DNA from: Chiloscyllium plagiosum
Lineage: Eukaryota
Direction: 5' to 3'
NCBI RefSeq assembly: GCF_004010195.1
Contig: NC_057718.1
Location: 17,934,102 to 17,957,026, forward strand
Length of the DNA stretch: 22,925 bases
How positions within the stretch are numbered: the stretch's first letter is position 1; each line of letters starts with the position of its first letter. Below, piece by piece: positions 1-10,823 of this stretch. The notes under the pieces are model-generated. The model saw nothing but the letters and a program-made list of their open reading frames with translations. It was not told where the DNA came from and made no database searches. The translations under genes were made by a program, and so were the position numbers.

Positions 1-1972
1 AATACCAAATGAAAAGTTGTTCGTCTATTTAGGAGTAATCATTCAGTGAGCTCAATCATCATTTGGTTTAGTGTTTAAACTGATAAAGTGTATGCTTTAT
101 ATAACCGATAGAGCAAGTGCTAATGGACTAATTTACTATGGTGGGTATCGCAGCAAATAGTGATCGTTATTCACAAAGAGGATCATTTTGATTTTTGGTG
201 CGAGCCTTGCATTGGCTTAAATTGAGAGGGATATCAGGGCAGATACAAAGCATGTAATTGATCCACTAGCAACACTTATGTACTCCAGTTGAGAATGAAA
301 ATTAGTTCTTTAGTACACATTTCCCAGTAGAGGTCATTAGATAGTAATCAGGAAAATGAAACATGGGTTGATTTTGTTTTATTAAAAAATGTATCCCTTT
401 CCTGGCCCTGAGGCACGGAGTCCAATTGTAGTTTACTGGCTGATGTCCAGAAAATAATCAGATAACTCAATAAAAAAATCAGAGTTCAAATATGGAACCC
501 CTTTGGTCTTTATGGTTCACAAACAAAACACATCAAGTATTTACCCGCTAGACAATTGAGGGAGCTTGTTCACTGATTTTAAATTGAACTCAAACAATCC
601 ACAAAGTAAATTGTAAGAAGAGTAAGGCATAATCCATAGTTTGACAAGCCCTGGTGTCAAATTAATGTTAGTGTGTGGGGAGTAATAAAGATCCATTTTG
701 GTTCGGACATTTGATAACGTTGAGGGCAATAAACAGCCCAAGCAAATGCACTGATTAATGTCATCACGTGTTTACCTCACTAAATGCAACCTCTCAAATT
801 GAGCTGCAATTTGTTTTTTTTTTAAGCAAGTCCCAAACCCATGACTTCCTGAACCTAGGAGGGGAGGTCAGCTGGAAGTAAGAAATTTATCGCCTCCAAG
901 TTGAAGAACATCTGCCGATATCACGGTTTCCTACGTTGCGGCTCAATCAAAATAATGGAAGCTCCAATCTAATTGCACTATGTTTCAAGAAGACAAGTTT
1001 AGCATCCTTGAGCTTTTTCTGCTGGAAGAAATCAAGCAGGACCAAACCTCCACGTTGATGCTAGCCACAGGGAGTTGTGGCCTTGTAGAAGGAGGCCAAT
1101 TAAGAGACTATTTTTGCATTTGATGTCCAATTAAGCACAGTTGTCAGCGACGAGAGAGGCCAAAGATCTGAATGACCAGCAGTACCACTGGGAGACATGT
1201 ACTCCTGAGGCAGACAGGAGACTGCAATGTCCATAATAATGGAGGCAATCTCTGAAGCCCTCTGGTTTCAGGCCTACTTTGTATTGGGAGGTAGATGAGG
1301 GTGGGGTGGGTGGGAGGACGGATTATTGGAGACATTTGAAAACATCTCCACAAGATTTGAGTGTGGCTGTGGCCTTTGGCCCTCGCAGTTCAGTGTTGGG
1401 ACAGGGTGTGGATTTAGAGTAGCCATCAATTATATTCCGGCCAGAAACTGGAGGCCACCTTCAGGTACATGCAGATCTTTGGTCTTTGAATTGGAAGATC
1501 CTGATGGTGTCATTTCACTTCCTCCACCAATTGGCCACTGGTCAATGTTGTATCTAATTGCTAAACAGGGCTGGCATCTCTTGCAAAATAGTTCAATAGT
1601 GTTGTGCCTTTGGATGGTTGGTATCACTATTCTTGTTTTGGTACTGGTCTATGGGCAGTTAGTAGTTTGCAATGAATCATTAGGAATTTTCACCAGCTGT
1701 TTGACCTTAAGTATCAAGATTATTACACAACAGTAACAAGAGCAGTTTACACGAACCATTGTAGTAGTTAGCTTACACTAATACTAGGTTAAAATGATAG
1801 ATACATCTCCTCAGAGACAAAAGCTGGACCTTTGGCTGACTCACAGCCACAGACTAACAGACTCACCAAGTAACAGGGAGAAAGTGAGGACTGCAGATGC
1901 TGGAGACCAGAGTTGAAAAGTGTGGTGCTGGAAAAACACAGCAGGCCAGGCAGCATCCGAGGAGCAGGAGGA

Positions 1973-2004
1973 TCGACATTTCGGGCATAAGCCCTTCTTC
2001 AGGA
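1973..2004 (-). ncRNA. Minimal hammerhead ribozyme motif (family A, stem III decayed)
   Basis: Minus strand reads TC-CTGAAGA-A-GGGC-TTAT-GCCC-GAAA-TG-TC-GA; the ACGT palindrome has become ATGT. Confidence 0.55.
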
Positions 2005-2220
2005 ATGAGGCTGGTGTGCCAAGCACGCGGAGGTAAAAGGTATGGGGGTGGGAATTTGGGGGAGGGGCACTGGGAATACGATAGGTGGAAGGAGGTGAGG
2101 GTGATAGGTCGGAGAGGGGGTGGGGGCGGAGAGGTCGAGAAGAAGATTGCAGGTCAAGAGGGCGGTGCTGAATCCGGGGGTTGGGACTGAGATAAGGAAG
2201 CTGGAGAAATCCAGCCTCAT

Positions 2221-2252
2221 TCCTGAAGAAGGGCTTATGCCCGAAACGTTGA
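2221..2252 (+). ncRNA. Minimal type I hammerhead ribozyme motif (family A, core intact)
   Basis: TC-CTGAAGA(2223-2229)-A-GGGC-TTAT-GCCC-GAAA(2243-2246)-CG-TT-GA: both core boxes, 4-bp stem II, palindromic ACGT at stem III, GUU triplet; stem I very short. Confidence 0.68.
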
Positions 2253-2622
2253 TTCTCCTTGCTCCTTGGATACTGCCTGGCCTGCTGTGTTTTACCAGCA
2301 CCACGCTTTTCAACTCACCAAGTAACAGTCAGATTAACAGGCATATTATGACTGACTCCAACCAGAGGCTGTTATTGTTAGATGGAGCTGCACCATGTTC
2401 ATGTGTTAACCTTTTTGACCCTCTTGCCTTATGCAAGTCACCACCAGAGTGATATACATTGCTGTATTGACCCCAAACTGAGGAGATCACTTAGAGGCAG
2501 GAACTCATTGGCAAGCAAAACCAGACATTATCTTCAGATTTTACAACTGGTTCTTTCTCCAAACCCATCTCCAACCCAGGACTGGATAGATTTCCCTGTG
2601 CAGTTTTATTTCTCTGTCCATC

Positions 2623-2693
2623 CAGACTGTCAGTCCTGTTGAGCTTTCTCTGTTTTTATTTCAGAATTTCAGCATCTGCAGTATTTTGCTTTT
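2623..2693 (+). mobile_element. Old Penelope-like terminal-repeat/tail remnant
   Basis: cctgttgagctttc...ttcagcatctgcagtattttgctttt resembles the tails at 8960-9038 and 13995-14085. Confidence 0.55.
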
Positions 2694-3525
2694 GCTAAGA
2701 ATGACGTTAACTGCTCGTGATTTGAAAACAGCTGATTCAAGGGCAATTGACACTCGCGATTCCCCATTGTTGTTAAGTACACTGCAATGTTGAGGAATGT
2801 GCTATTCATTGCTGTGATCCTCTTTGGCACTTAGTCACAAACATTGAAAGGAGTGGTCCATTCACAGCACAGACATTGTTCTGCTATATTTCCCAATCTA
2901 TCACCCTCCAGATATTATACTGTAACAAAGCATTCTTCATGCCCTCTTTCACCCTTATTCAACACAGCCCCCTCCTCATTTCTGCTTTGCTTAGCCAGTC
3001 AGAGCAGAAGGTAATTGTGAGATTGTGCTCAAAATGTGGAAGTCTGAACTTTTAGAAATAGGAAGTGAGAGGAAATGTTGAATGATCCAATTGTGTGATA
3101 AACCTATATATATATTTTTTCTAAACTCTCACAGGCATCACAGAAAGATGATGCAGCAACTTACAAACATCAAGCTGCTGAGCTATACAGAACTCAGGGT
3201 CAAACTAAGGGAAAAATGCTGCTTTCAGATGTTGAACATTTAAAATCTCCAAAATATTGTTCAGTTTTGGAGAAGTTAAAACATAAATTTTTTTTTTATT
3301 ATCCAATAATGTACTAGCATCTAAGTATTTAAAAAATTGTTTGTGCCTTTTCCCAGTCTGAGCCTTTCCAGCATATTCCATCCTGATCTCATTGTTATGA
3401 GCCCTGCTCATTTTTCGTATAAGGAGAAAGATCATTAAACATTTGCAGCTTTCAGAACATCACTGCTGCAGCCTTACAAGGGAGGTGTGGTACAGGATAT
3501 GTTGAAGATGATGTTTAAAAATAAA

Positions 3526-3877
3526 GGCCAGAATTTAATGCTCCCTAAATAGGTGCTGTCCAATGATTGAAAAATTGTTGGGAAACATGTATCCCTTCTT
3601 GGGGCCAACCCGACTAAATTGAGTGTCACAGGAAGGCCTCTGATTCCCATTTAATTCTGGAGGCTGTAACTAAATTCTCGTGGGCTCTGGCATAATTGGT
3701 GTCAATCGTCTCATTAATGAGCCTAATTGAGTGTGCACGCAAGTTTCTCTCATTGGGCTCTTTCCACCTCCAACTTAATTATGGGAGGTTTTCCTGTTGC
3801 CAGGAGACAGACTCATGTTTTTTCCCCCGCAATTAAGTGGGCCTGGCCACCTTCTGCCCTGCCATTAAATTCCACCC
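3526..3877. mobile_element. Decayed MITE/non-autonomous DNA transposon (PIF/Harbinger-like, inferred)
   Basis: Imperfect TIRs GGCCAGAATTTAATG (3526-3540) and CATTAAATTCCACCC (3863-3877); repeated internal TAATT/AATTAAG motifs; no clean TSD. Confidence 0.5.
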
Positions 3878-4109
3878 ATCATACATGATAATTCAGGTCA
3901 AAGAGAAATAGAGAGAGCAGACAGCTTAAAAAGAATTTAGCTGAAAGACATTCAGAAGTAATTGGTGTGCACAAGATATGCTGAGAGCAAAAAGACAAAA
4001 GAGAAATGAACCAAAAGAGGAAAAACAAATGGCTCGATATTGAAGAAAGGCAGTAAGACAATTAGTTAGATAAGATGTCAAAAGTAGATTAAATAGTCCT
4101 TTCTAAATT

Positions 4110-4420
4110 TTGCAAAAAGTGGTTGATTCTAACATGTTTCCTCGTGATCAGTGCAGAACTGGGGATTACCCTTTTGGGACAGAGGTGAGGGTGTTTTCCT
4201 TCCTATCAGATGGTTTGGAACATTCTGCCTCGTAACGTGATGGCTTAAGGGACATCAAGTATTTTTAAGGTGGGGAGATACTTTCTTGTAAGTTGACGGA
4301 ATGATTGGGAACTGTGGGTAAATGGGAATGAATTTGAACACAAGCAGGTCACTATAATTTTATTAAGTGGTGATGCTGAAGGGATTGAATGGTCTATTTC
4401 TGCATCTGTTTTGTATGTTG
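4110..4420 (+). mobile_element. Old CR1-type LINE 3' end
   Basis: Collinear similarity to the CR1 3' region at 19750-20070 (tggaac..tctgcc, tttaagg, gaatggtctatttctgc). Confidence 0.6.
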
Positions 4421-5039
4421 AAGGGTGGTCTACACTACTGTGAAAGGAAGGATAACATTATTTCCAAGTCTAAATTGGCATACTTTGTGGAATTGGTGCA
4501 ATTTTGTAATTAGTTTTATAAAAAACTGTATTAGGAATGGGTTTATAATTAGGGCCAGTGTTATGAATTAGGATTGCAACCTTCTTCAACTGCTTAATTA
4601 ATAATTAATCTTTTAAACCATTGTAAATTCTATTCCTCACCTTTTAAGACAACAGGCAAGTAAACTCTGCAGTGAGAGATGACAAATCGTTGTCAATGTC
4701 TGGCACAAGTCCAAAACAAGATTCAAAAAACCAATAGTAGGTATAGAGGAGGAGTGATGTTCGAATAAACTAATTACATTTGTCTATAGCCTCCTGATAA
4801 TAAGCTCTTCTTAATTTTCATTTTCATTCGTTAAGCGATGACCCTCATTCTGAAAATAAATTGGAAGCTCTGATTACGTGCCTATTTTGTATACAATATA
4901 GAATGACTACTGTAATACCAAGGAAGGGATGATGTTTGCAGGAGTACATACAATTCAAAAGTATACATGCAGAAAAACGTGTCCATCCTTTCGAGAGTGC
5001 CAAATTAGTTAAAACTGCAAATCTTTGCAACCGAAATGA

Positions 5040-5525
5040 GTCAGAATCGACACAGGAGTGACATTTCGCACGATTAATCTGCGTGCACGTACGCGGGGAC
5101 ACCCCTCTCTGGAGTCCTAGCCCAATGACAGAAGAAGAAAAACGCAATATTTCCCCCTGATTTTAAAATCCGCCGATCAAAGTGGAACGACGGCGTGCAA
5201 CTCACGACCTGCGCCCTACGGATGGGCTGGAGGAGTTGCCAGGCATGCCTCGTGGAGACATTGAGATGGGGGGGAAGTTCTGCTTTCCGCTGTTCCAGCT
5301 GAGCACGCTCAGGTGTTTACCTGCCCACGCGCCTTGCCAGGTGCTTACCTGCCCGTGCGCCCCGCCCACGCACCCTGCACCTGTTCACTCCCCCAGACCT
5401 TCAGTCATTCTCATGTGACAGCCCCACCCCGAGACTAGTTCAACTTTAGAAAACGCTTCACGACTTGACTTTTGTTTTACCACTACCTCCTAGTGTTATC
5501 CAAAAAAACCCCCACTGAGACCAGA
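5040..5525 (+). promoter_or_regulatory. CpG-rich promoter/5'UTR of the SLC46-like gene
   Basis: Local CpG enrichment in an otherwise CpG-poor window; GC box GCCCCGCCC 5359-5367; CACCC box 5421-5430; E-boxes CAGGTG 5310 and 5338, CACCTG 5378; TCATGTGAC 5411-5419. Confidence 0.75.
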
Positions 5526-5627
5526 ATGAATCCAAGGACCATCGTCACGGTGGAGCCGGTAATCTTTTTGTATTTGGCATCGACCTTCTTAAACGCTTTC
5601 GCTTTGCAGAGGCTCGTATTGATGAAG
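5526..5627 (+). CDS. SLC46-family (PCFT/SLC46A3-like) MFS transporter, coding exon 1 (MNPRTIVTVEPVIFLYLASTFLNAFALQRLVLMK)
   Basis: ATG with A at -3 and an in-frame upstream TGA (5466-5468); VEPxxFLY TM1 motif typical of SLC46; donor AAG|GTGGGT at 5627/5628, phase 0 matching exon 2; immediately downstream of a CpG-rich region. Confidence 0.9.
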
Positions 5628-6859
5628 GTGGGTTGTAGGTTAAATGTGCATTTTCTGTGTTTTATTTTGTGTGAGTGGGGTGTAGTTTCCTGGCAATTGC
5701 TCTAATAACTTGCTGTTCTTTTTTTCCCCCTCTTTGACTGGTTGGAAGTATTTTACCCTGCCTTTGTAGCTGGGAAAGACCAGCCCCTGCAAAATCAAGT
5801 GCCAGGAAAAGTGGTGCCTTTTATTGTTACAGAATTACGTTAGTTGTGACTATTTTTGTGAAGGTCTATAGCCCATACCCTGCAAGCTGTTTGCTGGCAA
5901 GCTTTTATCTATTTAGTTAAAACTATGTAAATGTCATGAATTCAGAGTTGTAAGCAGGGTCATGTGTCAACCTAGTCCCTAGCATTGTTTTTGGATTTAT
6001 GAACTCACACTCGAGCACTCGGATCTTTTATTATCCAGAAATTCCAGCAGGAAATGATCTACTAATTGATGTTTTCAGAAAATTGTACATCGCTTTGGTA
6101 GCACCATCTAACATCTATTTCAGTGCATGTTCTATTTCTGCTATTTGTTTTATTCTAACTCTGCAGCTGAGTTAGCAAACCTTTCAAGTTGGCACTTCTA
6201 AAATTCTTGAATTGGACTTAAGGCAGGAAGGATCATTCATTTTACATGCATGAGACCTGTCTATTAATTTATTTGTGAAAACTATAATAATTGCCTTTTC
6301 ACCAAGTTATGGAACCAGTTTTGTTGCCTATAAATTCCCAGTTCCACTCGTAGTGGGTTGACAGCCATCAGCAATCTTGAAGAAAAGTCTGTATTAGGCC
6401 CTTTTCAAAATGATAGGACTAAGTTTGATTAAAGTTGCTCTGCTCAACCTCATAGGCTGAATCAATTTGACCACCTGTTGACTTTATATTTAATTTTTCT
6501 TCTTGAGTAATTTGTCCCAAGACAGGGTGCAATGCAGACATGAGTTCCGTAGGCCAAGGAGTCTAATCCCAAATCCATCTCCAACTGGAATGGGGATTGG
6601 CTATTGCTTTTGGTGCCAATCTGATCTATGCTAGCTATCTAACCAACTGGCCACCCAAGAAGTCAGAGTTGCTATGGCTACATACATTGTTGCACCTGTG
6701 TTATAGCCTGAAGCTACAACTAGTGATGATAGAGGCTCTGATTTATTTCTGTCACATGCCTAAACATGAATCTCTCTCACTCTTTCTTAACATCTGCCAT
6801 TGAGTTATTGGAAGGATTTCCTAATTGATAATCTGTTTGACCATGCCATGAACACACCT

Positions 6860-6940
6860 ACCTTGGGGATCAAGTCCTGGAGTGGGAATTGAACCCAGAG
6901 CACCTGCCTTAGAGATGCTGCCGACTACACCGTAAGACGA
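6860..6940 (-). mobile_element. Decayed tRNA-derived SINE head
   Basis: Minus strand has a B-box GGGTTCAATTCCCAC (6882-6896) with a degenerate A-box upstream. Confidence 0.5.
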
Positions 6941-7014
6941 CTATTCATACTTAATAGGGCTGATGAGTTTGAGTACACCCCAATGTCATTTCCTCAATTT
7001 CATTCATTTAAATA

Positions 7015-7915
7015 TTTTTCCGAGGGGAAATCTAGAACTAGGGTGCAGAGTTTCAAAATAAGGTTGTTTTCATATAATATGGATGAGAAACAATGCTGAA
7101 CACCTGCAAATAGTCAATATCAACTTGCACATAACTTTTTTCAGAGGGTTATGTTAATCATTACAATTCTTTACCCCAGACTAAAGTGAAGGCTAGGGCT
7201 GAAGATGGAGTTTGATGATATTCTGATCTATTACAGAGTTGAGGGTTTTAAAGTAAAAAATCTGGGCAGATTGTCTCTTCTACTTTTCAATGATCAAGCC
7301 GTTCATTATTGTTAGAAACGAAAATCGCTTCTCAATAATCGCTCTAGACAAATTCAGGAAAACAAAGTTTTATTAACAAGTCAAGTCTGCAGAGTCGGGC
7401 ACCCTTAAAGAAAAGGCGCGCTGAGGCTTACAAAGTCTCCATTATTTATAGGACAAGTCCCTCCTCTCCTTGGCTCCAACAAGCCATGAGGTTCACATTC
7501 TTAAAAACATCATTATTTTTATCACAAAGTCTGCAACAAAAGGCTCCAGAGTCTCCAAAGTTTGTTGTTTTTCTCACCCTGTAGTCTTATCAAAACAGAT
7601 GTCTCAAGTCGTACTCCCATCCTGGAGTCTTATCAGCCAAGGACTCATCCTTCTCTGCTGTGTGAATGGCTTCATTAATCAAGAGCCTGCTTGCTTTTAC
7701 TATCGCTCACAAATTGTCAGCATTCTGCACAATTTAAACTACTCTACTTTTGAGTATATAAAATGGTTGTTAGAAAAGAAACAAAGGTTTTGTCTTTTAT
7801 TATAGATCAGTCTGTGGTCCAGGCACATCTTAAAGTTTAAACCGAAATTACCTCTCACAATTATCTTTTTAAATGACTCCAGTGTTCACTCCTGTTCCTA
7901 TTAATTATGTTCTTT
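7015..7915 (+). mobile_element. Old CR1 3' fragment split by the solo LTR (host parts about 7015-7309 and 7860-7915)
   Basis: ggggaaatctagaactaggg..agtttcaaaataag and cagaggg..aattctttacccca are CR1-like; removing the LTR rejoins gatcaagcc..atctttttaaatg..actcctgttcctatt. Confidence 0.6.
7310..7859 (-). mobile_element. Solo LTR (550 bp) of an LTR retrotransposon or endogenous retrovirus
   Basis: TG...CA termini with TGTNAGA inverted ends; perfect 5-bp TSD ATTAT (7305-7309, 7860-7864); minus-strand TATAAA (7445-7450) and AATAAA (7369-7374) in U3-R-U5 order. Confidence 0.85.
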
Positions 7916-8429
7916 TGTTACAGCAGGTACACCCCTTGTTAATATTAATAATCATCTTAGTGATTTGTGCTGCCTCCTTCTCCCTGCACTGTTATTTCTT
8001 ATATCCGGCTGCTACGAACAGTAGACAGTACTCTTCCTTCTTTGGTTCATATTATGCTGTTTCTTCAGCCTTGTGCTGCTCCTTCACAGCCTCCTTTTTA
8101 AGCACTTCCAATATGTGCATACAGACCTGAACCTCTGCTGAACCAATTTTAACAGCCATCTGTATTAATAATCTGTTACCTAATGCTGTGTTCTCTGGTA
8201 AATTATTTTAGATATTAACTAATGTTTGTTCTGCAAGTTACATTTATTCTGCTTTAGCTGCCATTTATCTTTGTGATTTGGAACTTTCCTAAACTTTTTT
8301 TAAAAAGCAGTGTTTTGCTCTGCAGGAATGTCATTCAACTTCCTGTGCTTGAAATGACACCTTGAAAGAGCTTTCATGTAGGTGCGTTCCCCTGCCACTT
8401 TGCCTTTTTTTTACTAAATAATTATATGT

Positions 8430-8875
8430 TTTAAAATGTTGCAAATTTTGTACTGTACATTTCTCCATATTAAGTTTCATGTGATATCTGCCCCATCAAT
8501 GATTAAAATGCTTCTTCCTCCTTCTCCTGTACAGGTTTGTTCCAACTTCCCATTTTGTATTATCCATTTTGACAGTGTGCAAAGCACAAATCCAGATGAT
8601 TTCCTAATGTGGATTTCCGGACAAATGTTCCCTTTAAAATTTAGCTAATGTGTACACCTGTGCCTTTCAGTGTGCAGCCAGGCACGTGCATTATTTGGTC
8701 CTCTCTCTGACGTAAATTTCTGTAGTTGCTTAGCTTATAATAAATCTGCAACTCTCGCAGCATAATGGGATCATTGTTCTGACCTTGGTTGACAAATGTC
8801 CCTTGACCAGTAATATTTGTTTGCTGCCCTTTAGTTGACTTCTAATCCATGCTGCCATATTTCCTTACCTTTTTG
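8430..8875 (-). mobile_element. Highly decayed CR1 RT-region fragment
   Basis: Patchy collinear similarity to the minus-strand CR1 at 20540-20870 (e.g. acatttctccatatt; tccatgctgccatattt). Confidence 0.4.
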
Positions 8876-8910
8876 ACATCGGACAAATTTCTCAAAAAAT
8901 CCTCAAGGTC

Positions 8911-9039
8911 TCACTGAGGAAGTGTCACCCAACCCGAAACATTAACTCTGATTTTTCTTCACGGATGCTGCCTGACCTGCTGAGCTTTTCTAGCAACTTT
9001 TATGTTTTTGTTTCGAATTTACAGCATCCGCAGGTCTTC
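8911..9039 (+). mobile_element. Penelope-like terminal repeat (family B) with decayed hammerhead motif
   Basis: CTGAGGA 8914-8920 ... GAAA 8936-8939, then gatgctgcctgacctgctgagcttttc and cagcatccgcag; AATCCTCA direct repeat at 8898 and 9040. Confidence 0.7.
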
Positions 9040-10110
9040 AATCCTCAGTCAGGGAACTCATTTAGTTAGTGAGCAAAGTACTAACCTTTTCTTATCAATT
9101 CATCAACGAAGACATCAAACTACACACCAACTATTTTTTCATTACAAGAACATAACTATTACTTAAACATTGAGCAAATAAACAATGAATAAAAATCTTA
9201 GTTGTAGACAGGGTCAGATAGTTTTTTGAATAATAAATAATCAAACTACATACCAAAATGAATATCAGAAGTTATATGGCAAGTTCAGTGTATCACTGTG
9301 TGGTTTAGCATTTAACTAGTTTTTTTTTGCATCTTAAATCATAATTTAAAACACATTAAAGATTGATAAGATTGAACTAGGTTTAATTTCTTACCCAACA
9401 AATTTAACATAATTTGTTAGATTCAAATCTCTACAATAGATTGGCTGCATTCTGGTGGTTAACAATGTTTTCAGAGCATATGTGACCTTGGCCTTATGGG
9501 CAATGTGGTCAGATTGATCATGTTCAGCTGAAACCATGGTATTAGGTTCTGGGACATAGGGTTGGTGAATCCCTTAGTAATGGGTTTATCCTGTAATCCG
9601 GCTGAACTCATCATGCACACGAGTGACACTATCTGATCCAAATGGCTTAACTCTCGTCCTCCTTTATCTCTGAACACTTGTATGCATTGCAATTACCTCT
9701 GCCTGTGAGTGGCCGATATAGCCTTTATCATTTAACTTGGTAACCTCTCTTAGACTGTTTCCATGAATATATTTTGTAAAGCTGACCACCGTAGGAAACT
9801 GGGGGTGAAAAACCTGATATTCTAACTAACTAAAAGAATCTGTGAATTTCTGAGTTTGTGCTAACTATTCACTTGAGTAATGTCTTAGGGTTAAAGAAAA
9901 AAAATTCCTTTCCATGCAGTTGGCCATTCTGAGTGGTACATTGCAGAGGGGGTCACTTGTTTTGTGGAGATTACGTTCAACAGTCATCTGCAATAAAAAG
10001 AAAGGTATAAATTCCTGCACTTGCCAAGTTTCACTTTTTTATGCATTCATTTCTCAGACTTTTATTCAAAAATCCTATACAGGACCGATTTCGGCATGAT
10101 GTATCCCATC

Positions 10111-10314
10111 TGAAAAATGTGTCGCCGGAAAAGCGCAGCAGATCAGGCAGCATCCAAGGAGCAGGAGAATTGATGTTTCGGGCATAAGCCGAAGAAGGGC
10201 TTATGCCCGAAACGTTGATTCCCCTGCTCCTTGGATGCTGCCTGACCTGCTGTGCTTTTCCAGCGACACATCTTTCAGCTCTAATCTTCAGCATCTGCAG
10301 TCCTCACTTTCTCC
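10111..10314 (+). mobile_element. Penelope family A fold-back insertion
   Basis: Arm 10111-10190 is the reverse complement of about 10198-10277; perfect 14-bp TSD TGATGTATCCCATC (10097-10110, 10315-10328). Confidence 0.88.
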
Positions 10315-10772
10315 TGATGTATCCCATCGTAACCATGCTCCTGCCCCCAACCCTAAAAAGAATCATACTTTTGTTGCCTTTTTAATAATTGGAGAGAAAA
10401 ATTTGTTTAAATAAATCTGTGTTCTAGTGAACTTTATTTCCTAATATTCAGCTCAAATGTGGACTCCTTTTTGTCTAGCCACCTTAGGCTGAAATGCTAT
10501 TTGAGATCACTTTTCAGCCAATTATAATCCCGGATAGGTGCCGTGCTGCAAGGATTCAATTTTAATTTTGTTATCGCCCACCACAGACTCATGTGTACTG
10601 TACTCCAAAAAATGACAAATCACTCTCAGCTTATTATTTCCAGACTAAAAGTTTGAGAAATTTGGGCACAAAGAAATTAATGGTACAGAAACCAGAGTGC
10701 ATCACACTGTTGGTTGTACGACTCATAGGAAACGCAGCACTGTTTCCATGAGTTTATTTCATGTCCTAATGA

Positions 10773-10823
10773 CCCTTTCCCTTTCCCTTTCCCTTTCCCT
10801 TTCCCTTTCCCTTTCCCTTTCCC
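10773..10823. repeat. (CCCTTT)8.5 microsatellite
   Basis: Eight perfect hexamers plus CCC, read directly. Confidence 0.97.

Larger units (their letters stand above)
1877..2316 (-). mobile_element. Penelope-like element 3' fragment (family A) with inverted terminal-repeat copy; fold-back insertion
   Basis: Arms 1910-2014 and 2211-2316 are reverse complements; flanking direct repeat ACTCACCAAGTAACAG at 1861-1876 and 2313-2328; spacer 2015-2130 resembles 22811-22925. Confidence 0.85.

Noticed and set aside
390..530. Possible very old SINE remnant
   Set aside because: Too degenerate to support boundaries or family by eye.
1326..1736. 136-aa hydrophobic ORF
   Set aside because: Non-ATG start, no recognisable motif and no convincing splice signals.
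1841..2452. Recurring short ORFs with CCLTCCAFPATH / KAQQVRQH peptides (also near 10031, 11957, 14938, 22603)
   Set aside because: Translations of the non-coding Penelope terminal repeat in different frames; not a peptide gene family.
10111..10314. DNA-transposon MITE or miRNA hairpin
   Set aside because: Asymmetric arms with a one-sided tail, variable 9-16-bp TSDs and non-palindromic sibling copies indicate a retroelement origin.
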